Shown piece by piece: positions 38,921-51,203 of a DNA stretch of 64,000 nt (position 1 is its first letter; every line of letters starts with the position of its first letter). The translations under genes were made by a program, and so were the position numbers. Source of the DNA: Nageia nagi (taxonomy: Eukaryota > Plantae > Pinophyta); the NCBI GenBank assembly GCA_050084985.1, contig JBITNC010000001.1:20088001-20152000 (forward strand), in the 5' to 3' direction. The notes under the pieces were generated by a model. That model saw only the letters and a program-made list of their open reading frames with translations. It was not told the DNA's origin and made no database searches.

Positions 38921-39380
38921 TATAGACTAGAGTCCACATTTCGGAAGACCCATGTACTGCTGCACCATAGATCACCACAGATGGCCATGTCTAGTGTTGT
39001 ACCCATAAAATGCTGCAAGAACTGCTACAAATAGATGATGCATCCATAGTCATGTTTTCAGAGAGCAAGAGCCACACTTAACTCGTCATTAGAGGGCTAT
39101 AAAATGTAGAGAGATGCCCACAAAATTGTAAGAACTACTGCACCTCAAGCACGTCACAAAATACAATCCTTAATACATGCACACAAGCTGTTGGAGGGGC
39201 TTTCATTAGTCTCCAAGGAGAACAATAACCACCATAGAACCAGAATAGTCAATCAACGATGTCCAGCAATCAACAACTCAAACTAATACACATGCATGCA
39301 GGTATTCATCATGATTTTTGCTGGAACAAATCATAGCAAACTATAGTGATGAATTTGCATGGAGTTTCCAAAATTCCTTA

Positions 39381-39391
39381 CTCTGATACCA
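39381..39391 (-). promoter_or_regulatory. Primer-binding site (tRNA-iMet)
   Basis: ctctgatacca is the reverse complement of TGGTATCAGAG, 1 nt from the 5' LTR. Confidence 0.92.
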
Positions 39392-39392
39392 A

Positions 39393-39641
39393 TGCAGGAA
39401 TGGATCATAAAGCTCCAAGATATATTTACTCAAGAATGATTTACAATATATAGACCACAAAAGTTGTTAACTAACAAACTCCTAAAATGGTGCAACTAAG
39501 TGTACACCTCATCCTAACTAACTTACCTACCTAAGCACTAAGCTAAAATTTCTCTAACTAACTTCAAATGACACTTGTCATTGACACATGTCTAATTTCT
39601 AAATATTTACAAATATCATAATAAGATTATGGTTTTTAACA
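39393..39641 (-). repeat. Copia 5' LTR
   Basis: TG...CA termini (tgcagg...taaca on +), TSD immediately after. Confidence 0.95.
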
Positions 39642-39646
39642 GTTCT

Positions 39647-40823
39647 AACTACAAATTTTGCATTTTTGTGGTTAAATATCCCCAATAATTTATGTTAAAG
39701 GATTGAATGGAATTAAAGCCAAGGGGTTATGTATATACACATTTCTTCCCTTTAGAAACTCCCCACATTATCTCTACATAATATTCTTGGTGGGTTACCT
39801 CCATAACAAATATCTAATTTGAAAAATAGAAGGTAAACTTCATAGGATTATAAAAGAATTCACTCAACGTGATGATTGTATAATTATTAGAAAAATAATA
39901 ATCTCTCTTCCTAAAGTGGCTCACCAAATTTGATATAGCTAACTTTGATAGCCTATGAAGAGTTCCATCAGAAATGAAATTTAAATCTAGAGAAAGAAAA
40001 TATCTTAGAAAATCATAATAAGACCCATTGATACTCAATACTTGGGTCCATTGAGCCATCATCCAGGGATAGCCATCTTCATTCATCTGGTAAAGTTGTA
40101 GGTCTAGAAACACCTCTAGATGTTGATGTAGAAGAAGCCAAGAACATAAAGAACAATAATAGGAATGATTCAATCTATTCTTATTTGCCAACTTGATAGC
40201 TATTTTTTCATCTATCATCTCATACCAATCATGATGATATTTGTCATGGTTCTTGATTATCTAGAAAGCCATGGTAACATGCACAATTTGAATTTCCTTC
40301 TCTCCACATAACACCATAATCAAAATGATGAAATGAGAAAAGTTAGGTTTAAACCTTGAAATCCCATATAAATTCTTCTTTTCTATAATAGGTTTTAAAA
40401 AAAGGGATTCAACTAGTCTAATGAATATTTATCAACACCTTTAGCTATGAATTTCACACTAACCCAATTCAAAGAAGTGTCTAGCTGGTGGAGGGATTTA
40501 TACATGGAAAATCTACTCAAGTTTAAAATGATAACTCCTTCACTATTTTGAACATTTTTATACTCATTAAGAATTTTTATTTGCTAGGGCTTCTATCAAC
40601 ACAGGACATAGGTGACATATTTCCCATAGAAATGGTATAATAAACTTAAACTCATAAAGTAAATTATATAATCAATTATCTTTATGCATTTGTAGCTTTT
40701 GAGGGTTGAAATTTTAAATCTACATGGTTTTATAATATATTTATATAAAAAAAAATTATTTCTAACATTCACTATGCTTTGTGATACTAAAAACTTACCC
40801 ATTTTGATGAAATGTAGTTGCAA
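39647..40823 (-). pseudogene. N-terminal part of the TatII 3' extra ORF
   Basis: ORF 39814-40218 (YYCSLCSWLLLH..YPWMMAQWTQVL..YYDFLRYF..YYFSNNYTIITLSEFFYNPMKFTFYFSN*IFVMEV) lies downstream of integrase in the same sense and continues across the Copia TSD. Confidence 0.6.
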
Positions 40824-41049
40824 GCTAGAAAAAACTATAATTAAAGTTGGAAATCATTAAAATCCCAGGGCTCTTGATCACTCAAAACTTTGTAGAGTAA
40901 AAATGACTAAGGTATGAACTCAAAATGGGGTTAAAGTGAATAAACATGCCTAACTACCCTATTTAATGCAAATATGCATCTCAAATATTACATGCAAGAA
41001 AATTACAATTAAATATATGCATATAATACAAGTTATGTGATTAAAGTAC

Positions 41050-44000
41050 AATATACAATTTTAATTTTGGTCATTGGTCATGATCAAAAGGATTTGCCCA
41101 TCTATTCCCTTTAATTCAAATGTGTTGTTAAAGATTTTTTAGATAATGATATATGATCTAGACCATAGAGAATCAAACTTTCAATGGCATCTAGGCTTGG
41201 CTCGATCCTCACCCCATTTGAGAACTAAATCACCAGACTTGAAAGAAAAATTAGATGCATAATTTTTATCAAACCATTTCTTTATCACCTTATTTCTCTT
41301 TTAAATTTCTCTATATGAATTTTCTTACAACTCATCTAAGTAGATAAGATTAGGCATCCTTACTTATAATGGATCTACATCCTTCATCTCATTGGTTGAG
41401 CAGTTGTAATACTGCTAACTTGATGTAAGATGATAATATAACTCTTTTCCCATAAAATATAATATAATGGGAATTTTTAATAGAAGATACATAAGTGATC
41501 TTATCTACCCATAATGTAAGGTTGAGATTTTTATCATAGTCTCTTTGATTTTTATCTACCATCCTCTTCAAGATTCTAGATAGATTTTTATTTGTTGACT
41601 CAACTAATCCATCACCATGAGGACAATAATTTGAATATGTTTTCAATAAACACCATACTTAAGAGCAAAATCTAAAACTCTAACTTTTAAAAATGTTAGA
41701 TCATTTTTTGATATAACAGTATATGGAATACTAAATTTTGTAATAGGTCTCTCCATAAAAGAGATAATTGTATCTTTATCTTAGTATTTAGTAGAAGAAG
41801 CTTCTTTCCATCTTGTAAAATAGTCTATGAATATCAAGATGAATCTATTTTTGAATGATGACATTGGATTAATCATGCCAATAAAATCAAGGTCCTATTG
41901 CTAGAAAGGCTTTTCTATGGTTATGGATTCTAATGGCATGATTTCCATTCTTCTCCTTCCCACAAATCTATGACATTTATCAAATTCTTTAGTAATTTGA
42001 AATGAATTTATATAAAAGTAATGCCAATAAAAACCTATCTATAAAATCTTTCTAGTAGTGGTGTATCCTAAATCGTGTCCTTTGAATAATCTAAAATGGA
42101 ATTCCTTCAAAACCTCGGTAACATTTTCAAGACAAATGCATCATAATAGCATCCCATCATGATTCTTTCTATACAATACATGATCTATATTACAATAATT
42201 GAGAGAATTTAATTCGAAACTTCTCCTTTTAGAGGAATTGAGTTCAAATGGTATTTTACTACTAACAAATTATATACAAAGTTGTATTATCCAATTTTTT
42301 GGTTCTTTCAAAACTTTTGAAAGTTTTCTATCTTCATTTTCTACTTCAATAATCATGACATATTTTGAGCTTTGGTATTTAGCTAATTTCTTACAAAAAT
42401 CTCTCTCCTTAACCACCTTAGTATGATAAATTTCAACATCATACTTTAAAATCTTTGTAATCTATCTAGCTCTACTAAAATCCATCTTACCTTGTAGAAT
42501 ATAACTTCTAACATCATGATGAATGGTAAGTACTAGAATTTTATTTTAATAAATGTAGTGCTTAAACTTGTTAAGAGCTTTTATTATAAAAAACACCTAC
42601 TTTTCAATGAATCCATTCCTTTCCTCAAGCTCTTGTACAATTTGACTAAAGAAAGCTATAGGGTATTCATCATGATTATCTTATTTTTGTTTTAAAATTG
42701 TTGCTATGCTCTTTTCTCCATAAGCATACAAGATAAATTCCTTTGAGAAATTAAGAATCTTTAAAACTAAAGTGGACATAATGGTAGATTTTTTCTATTC
42801 AAAAGCCATAACTTGGTCTATTATCTAGTTAAAAAGAACTTTATCTTTAAGCAATTCTATTATTGATCAGAAAATTTTGACAAAGTATTGGATGAACATT
42901 TTTACAAAATTAATCTAACTCAAAAAAGCTTATAGCTTCTTAATGTTGAACATAATGATGATCTTGGAGATAGCTTCCACTCTTTCTTGATCAACTAAGA
43001 ATCTATCTTTTGGAATGATATGTCCAAGCAACATTCTATGATTCACTATAAACATATATTTCTTTGAGTTCAATGAGATTCTAAATTCTTAATATTTTAG
43101 AAAATTTTGTCAAAGATGTTGCAAATGGTTCCTATTTTTTTGTGAGAAAATTATAATATCATCTATGTAAATTAAAACTATTTTATTGACCAACTCATTG
43201 AATCCATGGTCCATAGTCATTTAAAAATTTGATACAACATTGGATAAGCGAAAAGGAATTTGTTGAAAAGCAAATGTGACCCACTTTATGGTGAATGTTA
43301 TTTTATAAGTATCTTCTTCTTTCATCCAAATCTAGTTGTATCTAGAGAAACCATCAAGAAAGGAAAAGTACTTGGATCCTACAATAGTATGTAAAATTTA
43401 TTTCATAGGAGGAAAATAATAGCTATATTTAAGTGAGGCTTTATTAAGATTATGGAAATCTATACATGACCTAATATCTCCATTCTTCTTCCAAACTAGC
43501 ACCAAATTAGTCACCCAAGTTGAATATTTGATGGAATTTATGATCCTATCTTGAATTTATTTTTTAATTTCCTATTATATTACCATATCAAATTTAAGAT
43601 TCACTACATTTTGTTTTTGTTATAAATGACATAACCATTCCACTAACTCAATGGTATGTTGGATAACATCTTTATTAAACACCTTTAAGTCATCATAGCT
43701 CCATGCCATGATACCAGCAAATTCTTTCATGATTTTAGCTATCTCTAGAATATCTTCTAATGAATTATTGATATCAACCTTGAGAACTTTGTTGGGGATT
43801 ATTTTTAACTCTTTAAAGTTCTATATAGAAGCTAAAATCTTTCCTTTTCTTATTTGATCATCTATGCTAAATAGATTTTCAAATGTAATAATACCTTTAG
43901 GCAAGTTATTATTTTTTAACTGTAAAATATCCTCTTTTTTGAATGCTTCAACTATTCACTCTTGGCTATTTGAACATAATAGTTGTGTATCTAAGAAAGT

Positions 44001-45200
44001 ATTAATATTTTTATCATCATAAAAAACATGCCAAAACTATTCTTTATCCAAAATAGAAGGCTTAAAAATTAACTAAATACCTTTGCTTCTTAACTAATGA
44101 TGTGCAGGATCAAACTTTGATCCTTTCTAGGCTAAGGTATTAGCTTCGCTATTATGATCCTTGAGAATTATAGTGAAATTGAGAGCATTGAGACTCTTTA
44201 ATAGGTACCATATTTTATTTCTATATTTTTTGAGATAATTATATTTTTTGAACAATTATTTTTCATTTGATTGATAACTAGTTTTGAATCACCAAAAATA
44301 GTTAAATATTTTATTTTCAACTTATTTACTTTTTCCAACCCTAAGCATAAGGATTCATACTCTCATGTATTATTTGTACAACTCCAAGTTAAATGTAAAG
44401 AATTTTTTTTTCTCCACCATAAGGGCATCTCAAAATAATCCCAACCACAATACAATTCTTAGACTTCACTCCATCAAATTTCATTGTCCATAATTTCTTT
44501 TCCCTTAGTTCCTAAAGGGTGAGGGTTGGAAGATCTATGATATATTCAACAATTACATAATTTCCCATGATCTTACTCTTAATTTAATTGATCACAAGTT
44601 CAAAAACTAAATCTAAAAATTCTAATTGTATTTTAATATCATTTGTTAATAAGGCTTGCTCATTAATCATGTTAACCTGGGGAAGTTTCTTAGTGATAAA
44701 TCCTATAATAGGCTCATTGAGAATATTAAACATTATGTTCTTGAAAGGAATAAACATATGAGAATATTCCATAGCTAAGTACCCACCCAATTTGAATGTA
44801 AATTCTTAGGATAAGCACAAATCAAATATAGGGGGATGATATACAACTATGATATCTTGGATAACTAAAATCCTTGAATACCTATGAAGCTTCATTGGAA
44901 TATCTTTCACTACACCTAGGGTTTTGATATCTATACCATGAATTAAGAATCTCATTAGTGTCTCTAGTATAGGTAAATTCAATGACATAAGATACTTTTT
45001 GATGTATAACTTTCATGGCTACCCTTGAATCTATAATGCAATTATGGATAATGTATCTTTCTAATTCTAGGGTAATGTAAAAAGGAAGAGGTCTATTTTT
45101 ATCCATACTTAGTAATTTTGTAGTTGCATCTAGACTACGATTGTAGCTATCATCTCCTTTTGTTTGAATCAACTGTGTTATCTTTAGTAGGTCAATTTTT
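41050..45200 (-). pseudogene. pol: TatII pol: PR - aRH - RT - RH - IN
   Basis: PR: PFYITLELERYIIHNCIIDSRVAMKV (45.1 kb). aRH: WTMKFDGVKSK..GIIL..CTNN..EYESLCLGL..IFGDSKLVINQ (44.5-44.25 kb). RT: STWVTNLVLVWKKNGDIRSCIDFHNLNKASL..FSFLDGFSRYN*I..YIDDIIIFS (43.5-43.1 kb). RH: YPIAFFSQ. IN: SNYCPHGDGLVESTNKNL..KFDSLWSRSY. Confidence 0.9.
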
Positions 45201-45899
45201 TCAAGAATACATAAGGCATCAAAGAGTGATGTTCTTGATGGTATTTTCTTTAATTCATCCTTAATGTTTTATGTAATAATACAAGAAAAACTCTTCTTTG
45301 GATATTTTCTTTAATAGAATTGATTTGCTTCTTCTCTTTGAGACCTTTTCTAAAATGGGAATATTAACCTCTTAATTACTTTCTCCCTTTCTTGAATTTT
45401 AAGAGAAGCAATAGGTTGAGTGACTTGTTATTTTTCTAGAACTTGCTTTTATAGAAAAACCTTATCAATAGCCATAGATTCATCAATAGGCCTATTTGAT
45501 CATAACTTAGAGTAAGAAGTAGATAGTGTTTGAGTAGGATTAATTGGGAGGGATTGTATCTTCCTATTAGATTGAAACTATTTGATTAAAGACCTAGTTT
45601 CAAATTCTTTGTTAGAGGGTTATGATAAAATCATGAGATTAGCTTCTGACGCTACTTCATCTACATAGTAATCAATGCTAACTCCATCATTAGCTACAAA
45701 CCTTATTTGATGTTGGTATATAGGATAAGAATTTTGTATATGAGGTTCATTATAAGCTTTATACCAATCCTGATTAGGAGTAATATATCCCTTAAGAGAC
45801 ATATAAATTGTATATTTCCTAGGAAAACACTTCTATTATGGTTGTTGTTGATCTCTATAAGGAAAGGGATATCTCCTCTATTATCCTCCATCATCTCTC

Positions 45900-46850
45900 C
45901 ATTAATAATAATATCACCTCTAAGTTTCTCTTTATTCAACTATCCTTTGATTCAAAAAAGTTCTTACTGGAGTTTCCAATTTAGCAATCTTCATTTGATT
46001 GTTATTTTCTTGTTGCAAGTTGCTAGTATAAATAGGTGCATAAACTACTAATTATAGAAAAGGAGTTGTTAAGGAAAGCTATGGTTATAAAGTAGGAAAA
46101 CCAAGTTGAGATTATAATGCCAAAAGCTGTAATATGGGTAACTGACAAGCTTGAGTTATATGCAAAGAAGAATAAGTATGTATTGAAGGTTGCATGGAAG
46201 ATGAATGTGCATATGATATAGGTACAAATATTCTAGTAGAAAGATTTCCTACTAAACTGATTGAAGCTTCAACTTGTAAAGCAACTTTATAAATATCTAG
46301 AAATTATTATGGTTCAATCATTTGAATATAAAAGAGGATAAAGCTGGAGTAAATTCTCTAAGGTAGAACATTAAAGCCATAAAAGGATGTAGTCTCATAG
46401 TTAGATCCACTTTAGCCAAAGATTTTACAAATCTAAGGTTAAAGATAGAAATATTCTCCATAGAATATATTTGAATAACATTGAATTATGATAGAAATGA
46501 ATAGGTATCACTTGGAATCTAGTTAAATTTGAGAATGAGGGATTCAACAAGTTGTGTCTATATAGTAAAAGAATTGCCCAAAAGTATTTTATTCCAATCT
46601 AAAACTTTTCTAGAGAGAGACATGAAACGCAATCCAAGCATCACATCTTTATAGACTATAGTATACTACTTTTCCATTTTTGCAATATCCTAACAATGTT
46701 CTTAAGCAATCTTTCCATAATCATCTTAATTTTACAAAGCTTTGGTAGCTTGTACTAGAATCTCAAGGGGATTTGCAACTTGGAGAGATCCATAAGCATT
46801 CCATTCTAGATAAACATTAGGTATAGCTAGATAAGCCATCTACACAAGTG
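45900..46850 (-). pseudogene. gag: TatII gag remnant
   Basis: NPLEILVQATKAL..KDVMLGLRFMSLSRKVLDWNKILLGNSFT..QLVESLILKFN..FNLRFVKSLAKV. Confidence 0.75.
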
Positions 46851-47185
46851 GATTGACTATATTCCTTCAATTAAAATATGGAATATATTTCAATATAGTG
46901 GGAGTCAAAATATGAGTAAGATCTATAAGTGATTTAGATTTCGTAACTAGAGTTTCAACAAATCTTTGAGAACCTTTAGCACTAGAAAATTTGTTGAATT
47001 TCTTAGTTTGTGACCTTGTTCTCATAATCAACAAAAAATAAAATAAGTAAAACTTAAAGGACTTTTTTAGGTTCAATATTTTCTATGAAAGAATGGGTTT
47101 CATCGAAAAACAATTTCCATCATGATATAATGATCATGCATAATTTAATATAGGGTAGGAGATCATCCCATCTAGTGTTCCAAAA

Positions 47186-48628
47186 GGAATTATAATACTA
47201 TTAAATAAGATGTTATAATGTATACATGTGCATGTGTATCAAAGTCACAACTATAACTCTAATGATGTAATTTCTATTTCTATAAATACATCTTCAGATA
47301 AGGCTAGTTCTTATCGAGATAATACTAGTAATTACAAAAGTAAAGGATGTAGAAAGCAACCTTGTGAAACTAAAAAAAATATAAGATTTTATGTTAGTGA
47401 GTGAAAATAAGAAAAAATAAATATCTATACCAACATAGGGATCCATTATATAAAATCCAAGTTCATTGAATATTTTGATTTTGTCACCACTAAATAATGT
47501 GTGATACTTTAGGTATAATAACCAACAAGTGCTTTGCAAATATAGATTAATTACTAATAATTTCTCACAATCCATAAAATGCAAATAATCATATAACATA
47601 ATGATTTAAGAATAATCATAAATATATCTTATTTAAGAGATCAAGAAAAAAATTATATTCTATTATCATTAACACAAGTACAAAATAAGGGCAATATATA
47701 CTATATTTCACCTCTTCTCTTTCATTAGAGGTAATATTTATAGTTTTCCTTTGTAAAATATATTCTAACTAATTTCTAACAACCTTTTAAAGATAAAATA
47801 TGTATAAATAACTACTAAAATATTTATAATGTATGATATTTAATTTTTGATAAGATTTGAAACTTAGATTTCAATCTACAAATATTTGGAGCAATCCTCC
47901 ATGTGTGCCAACACTCTTCAACTTATCTAGAACTTGAAACTTGAACCTAGAAATTGAAATTGCCTTCTTGGAATAAAAATGTATTTTACCAAGGTTGTAA
48001 AAATATTTATATATACTTGAATTTATATGGACTTGTTAGAATCAAATACAAAGGTAAAATAAATTATTCGAGCAGACTTCTTCAACCATACTTTGATATG
48101 GATGGTCAAAATTTAAATCCTCAAAACTAGAACATTATAGGTGGTTGATGTGACTAAGATAATACATAGTACATGATCAAATCACCTCCAATAGGGCTAA
48201 AACTAAAGAAAATAGCTTGTATTATTTTCCCATTATTCCAACAAAAATTGGTCTTCTCTACTCTACTAGATCCTCACAAAAATAAAATATTCTATAAAAC
48301 ATAAGAAAATGGTTAAGTATAACATTGTAATCATTTTGCTACCATTTCAATGAAGTTCATGCATCAAAAGAAATATTGAATCTTTTCCAAAATTGAACAC
48401 CTTAAGAGATGTTCAAAAATTATTAAGTCCTAGCACTAACTCATTATGTCATTATTTTGGAAAACTATGTGCACACCAACACTGTCAAATCTCTACTAGA
48501 ATCAAACACTATAGAAAATGTTTAAAATTGACTAAATATAAATATTCCACCAAATAGTAAGGGATGTAAAAATGGGCATACCCATATAAAACTATTTTTA
48601 TATGTTTAAAAATATGTATAGATATATA
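47186..48628 (-). repeat. 5' LTR (~1.45 kb) of the TatII element
   Basis: Adjacent to the degenerate PBS cccatctagtgttcca. Homologous to 30084-31141 and 49879-51203. Confidence 0.85.
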
Positions 48629-51203
48629 GTCACACCTCTAATTTTCCCTATATTCAACTATCCTCAAATTTGACAAAGTTCTCACCAGCACTTCTAGTTT
48701 AGTAATCTTCATCATATTTGTATTTTTTTGCTAGACATTACTCCTTGAAGTAGGTGTAGGAAGTACTAAATATGGAAAAGGTGTAGGTAAAGCAAGCTAA
48801 GGTTGCAATGTAGGAAGAGCAAGTTGAGTTTACAAAGTCAAAAGTTACAACTAGGGTAAATGAGGAGCTTGGACTACAAATGATGTAGGATAAGTTTGTA
48901 TTGAATATTGTATAGGAATTGGGCCTAGCAAGAAGCTTTCCAATAAAAATAAGAAAAGCTTTCACTTGCAAAGTATTTTTGTATATATCTAGAAAGTATT
49001 AGACTCATGTCATCTAGATCTTTAAGGTTAAATCTAGGGTAAATTCTCTAATGTAGAACATCTGAGATATTGAAGGATGTGGCCTTACTGATAGAGGCAC
49101 TTTAGCTCAACATTTGACAAATCTCAAGTTATTTTCAAATATATTTCTTGGCTATGCCTTTGGATAACATTGAATTATGATAGCAAATAAAAAGGATTTT
49201 AAACCTCATTGAATTCAAAAACAAGTGCTTCAAGAAGTTGATCCCATATAGAAATTGAATTGGTTGAAATAATTATGTATCAATCCAATACTTTTCCAGA
49301 GAAAGATATGGCAAGCAACTTGAGCATAACATCTTCATAAACTATGTTGTGTTGCTTAGCCATATCTACAATGTATTGGTAATTTTCATAAGTATTCTTT
49401 CTATAACCATCCTAATTTTATAAGCTTTGGCAACTTGTATCAAGATTTCATAAGGATTAATAACTTGAAGAGAACTAGAAGCATTACATTCTGGATAAAA
49501 TGGAGGTTGAGTTGGCTGAGCCATTTGAACAAGTGGATTGACAATATTCCTACAAGTAAAAGGTAGAATAGAGTTCAACATAATGGAAGTTAAAATATCA
49601 ATAAGATATTAAAGAGATTTAGATGTTTTTAGGTGAATTTTTATAGACCTTTCTAATTTTTTAATACTAGGAAATTATTTGGCTTTCTTAGTTTTTAATC
49701 TTTAGATCTTGTTCTCATAATCAACAAAAATTGAAGAAGCAAAATGTAAACACTTTTCTAGGTTCAATCTTTTTAAAGATAAAAAAGAGTTTCAACCAAG
49801 AAGAGTTGCCATCATGATATGATAATCATGCACAATTTACAATAGGGTAGAAGATCATCCCATTAGGTGTGTTAAAAACAAATATAATACTATTGATTAA
49901 GATATGGTAATTTTACATGTGCACCTATGTATCTATGCCATAACTATAGTTTTAATGAATGATCTTTAAAATTAAAATTCAATCTCTAGAGAAGGTTTGT
50001 TCCAATCTAGATTGAATTATAATTTACCAAAAAAGATAATGGTACATAAAATAAACTTATAGAACTAAAATAAACTTAAAATGCTAATGTATTGGGTTGC
50101 AAATAAGCAAAACTAGATATCCATAGTAGCACAAGAATTCATTAAAATAGAATTTGAGCTTCTTAGATAATTTAATTTTATAGCCACTAAATAAAATATG
50201 ACATTCCAAGTAGTTATGTTCTATAAATCACTTTATAGATAATGATTAACTATTGATAAACCTTCATAGTCTATGAAGTACCAACAAACATATCACACAA
50301 CCTTTTAAGAATAATGATAGATAAACCATAGTTAAAAGATCAAGAAGCAAGTTGTATTTCATATTTAATGGTGCAAGTAAAAAGTAGGAGTAATATATAC
50401 TATATCCTACCCCTTCTCCTTCAATAGAGGTATTACATATAGTGTTTCTTTAGAGAAATATCTTCCAACAAACTTCTAACAAACTAGAATACTTGTAACT
50501 AACTATATATTTACAAAGTATTAGATTTGATTCTCTGATAAGATATATAGATCATATTCAAATATACAAAGATATAAATAATCCTTTTATATGTATTAAT
50601 ACTTTGAGCTTGATCAAAACTTGAAAACTTGAAACTAGGAGCTGCAATAATCTTCTTAGGAGGAAAACATATTTTATCAGAGTTTTTCAAGTATTTACAG
50701 GTATCTAGATTTGGATGGACCCATCAAAACCAAATATAAAGGAAAATACATTATTTTGATGGAATTAATTTGGCATAATTTGAAGTCTATGGCTGAAATT
50801 CAAAACTCATAATTAGAATACTTAATGTGGTTAATTTTATTATGATTAATCATAATGTATAATTAACCACCATTGGTAGGACTTGTACTGAAGAAAATGA
50901 AGTTATTTGATTTCTCTACTATTTTGATGGAATTTATTCTATTTCTCTCTAGTAGACCTTTGCCAAAATCAAATACTCTACAAAATATTTTAAAAATGGA
51001 TAAGTATAATGTTATTCTATATTTCCTCTATTTTGAAAAATGTTTTCAATTCTAATACTTCTAGATCTCTGATAAAATCAAACACTATAGGAAATGGTCA
51101 AAATTAACTAAATATCAACAATCTATCAAATATTAAAGGATCAAAATAAACTATACCCATACAAAAGTCTTTTTATTTGTCCAAAAATTTGTATGATTAT
51201 GCA
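48629..51203 (-). mobile_element. 5' part (LTR 49879-51203, PBS, leader, gag) of an older relative of the same TatII family, interrupted by the 30084-48628 element
   Basis: 48635-49875 is collinear with 45915-47182 (gag, leader, PBS). The LTR is more diverged from the other two than they are from each other. Confidence 0.8.

Larger units (their letters stand above)
33871..39641 (-). mobile_element. Ty1/Copia LTR retrotransposon, youngest element in the window, internally deleted in RT-RNase H; TSD GTTCT
   Basis: 249-bp LTRs (33871-34119, 39393-39641; about 8 mismatches by eye). GTTCT at 33866-33870 and 39642-39646. PBS TGGTATCAGAG at 39381-39391, PPT aagggggggaa at 34120-34130, gag-PR-IN-RT order. 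Confidence 0.96.
30084..48628 (-). mobile_element. Decayed Ty3/Gypsy Tat element, TatII-type domain order, with a 3' extra ORF and a nested Copia
   Basis: LTRs at ~30084-31141 (truncated) and ~47186-48628. Degenerate PBS at 47167-47182. Minus-strand order is gag - PR - archaeal-type RNase H - RT - RH - IN - extra ORF. Confidence 0.85.
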
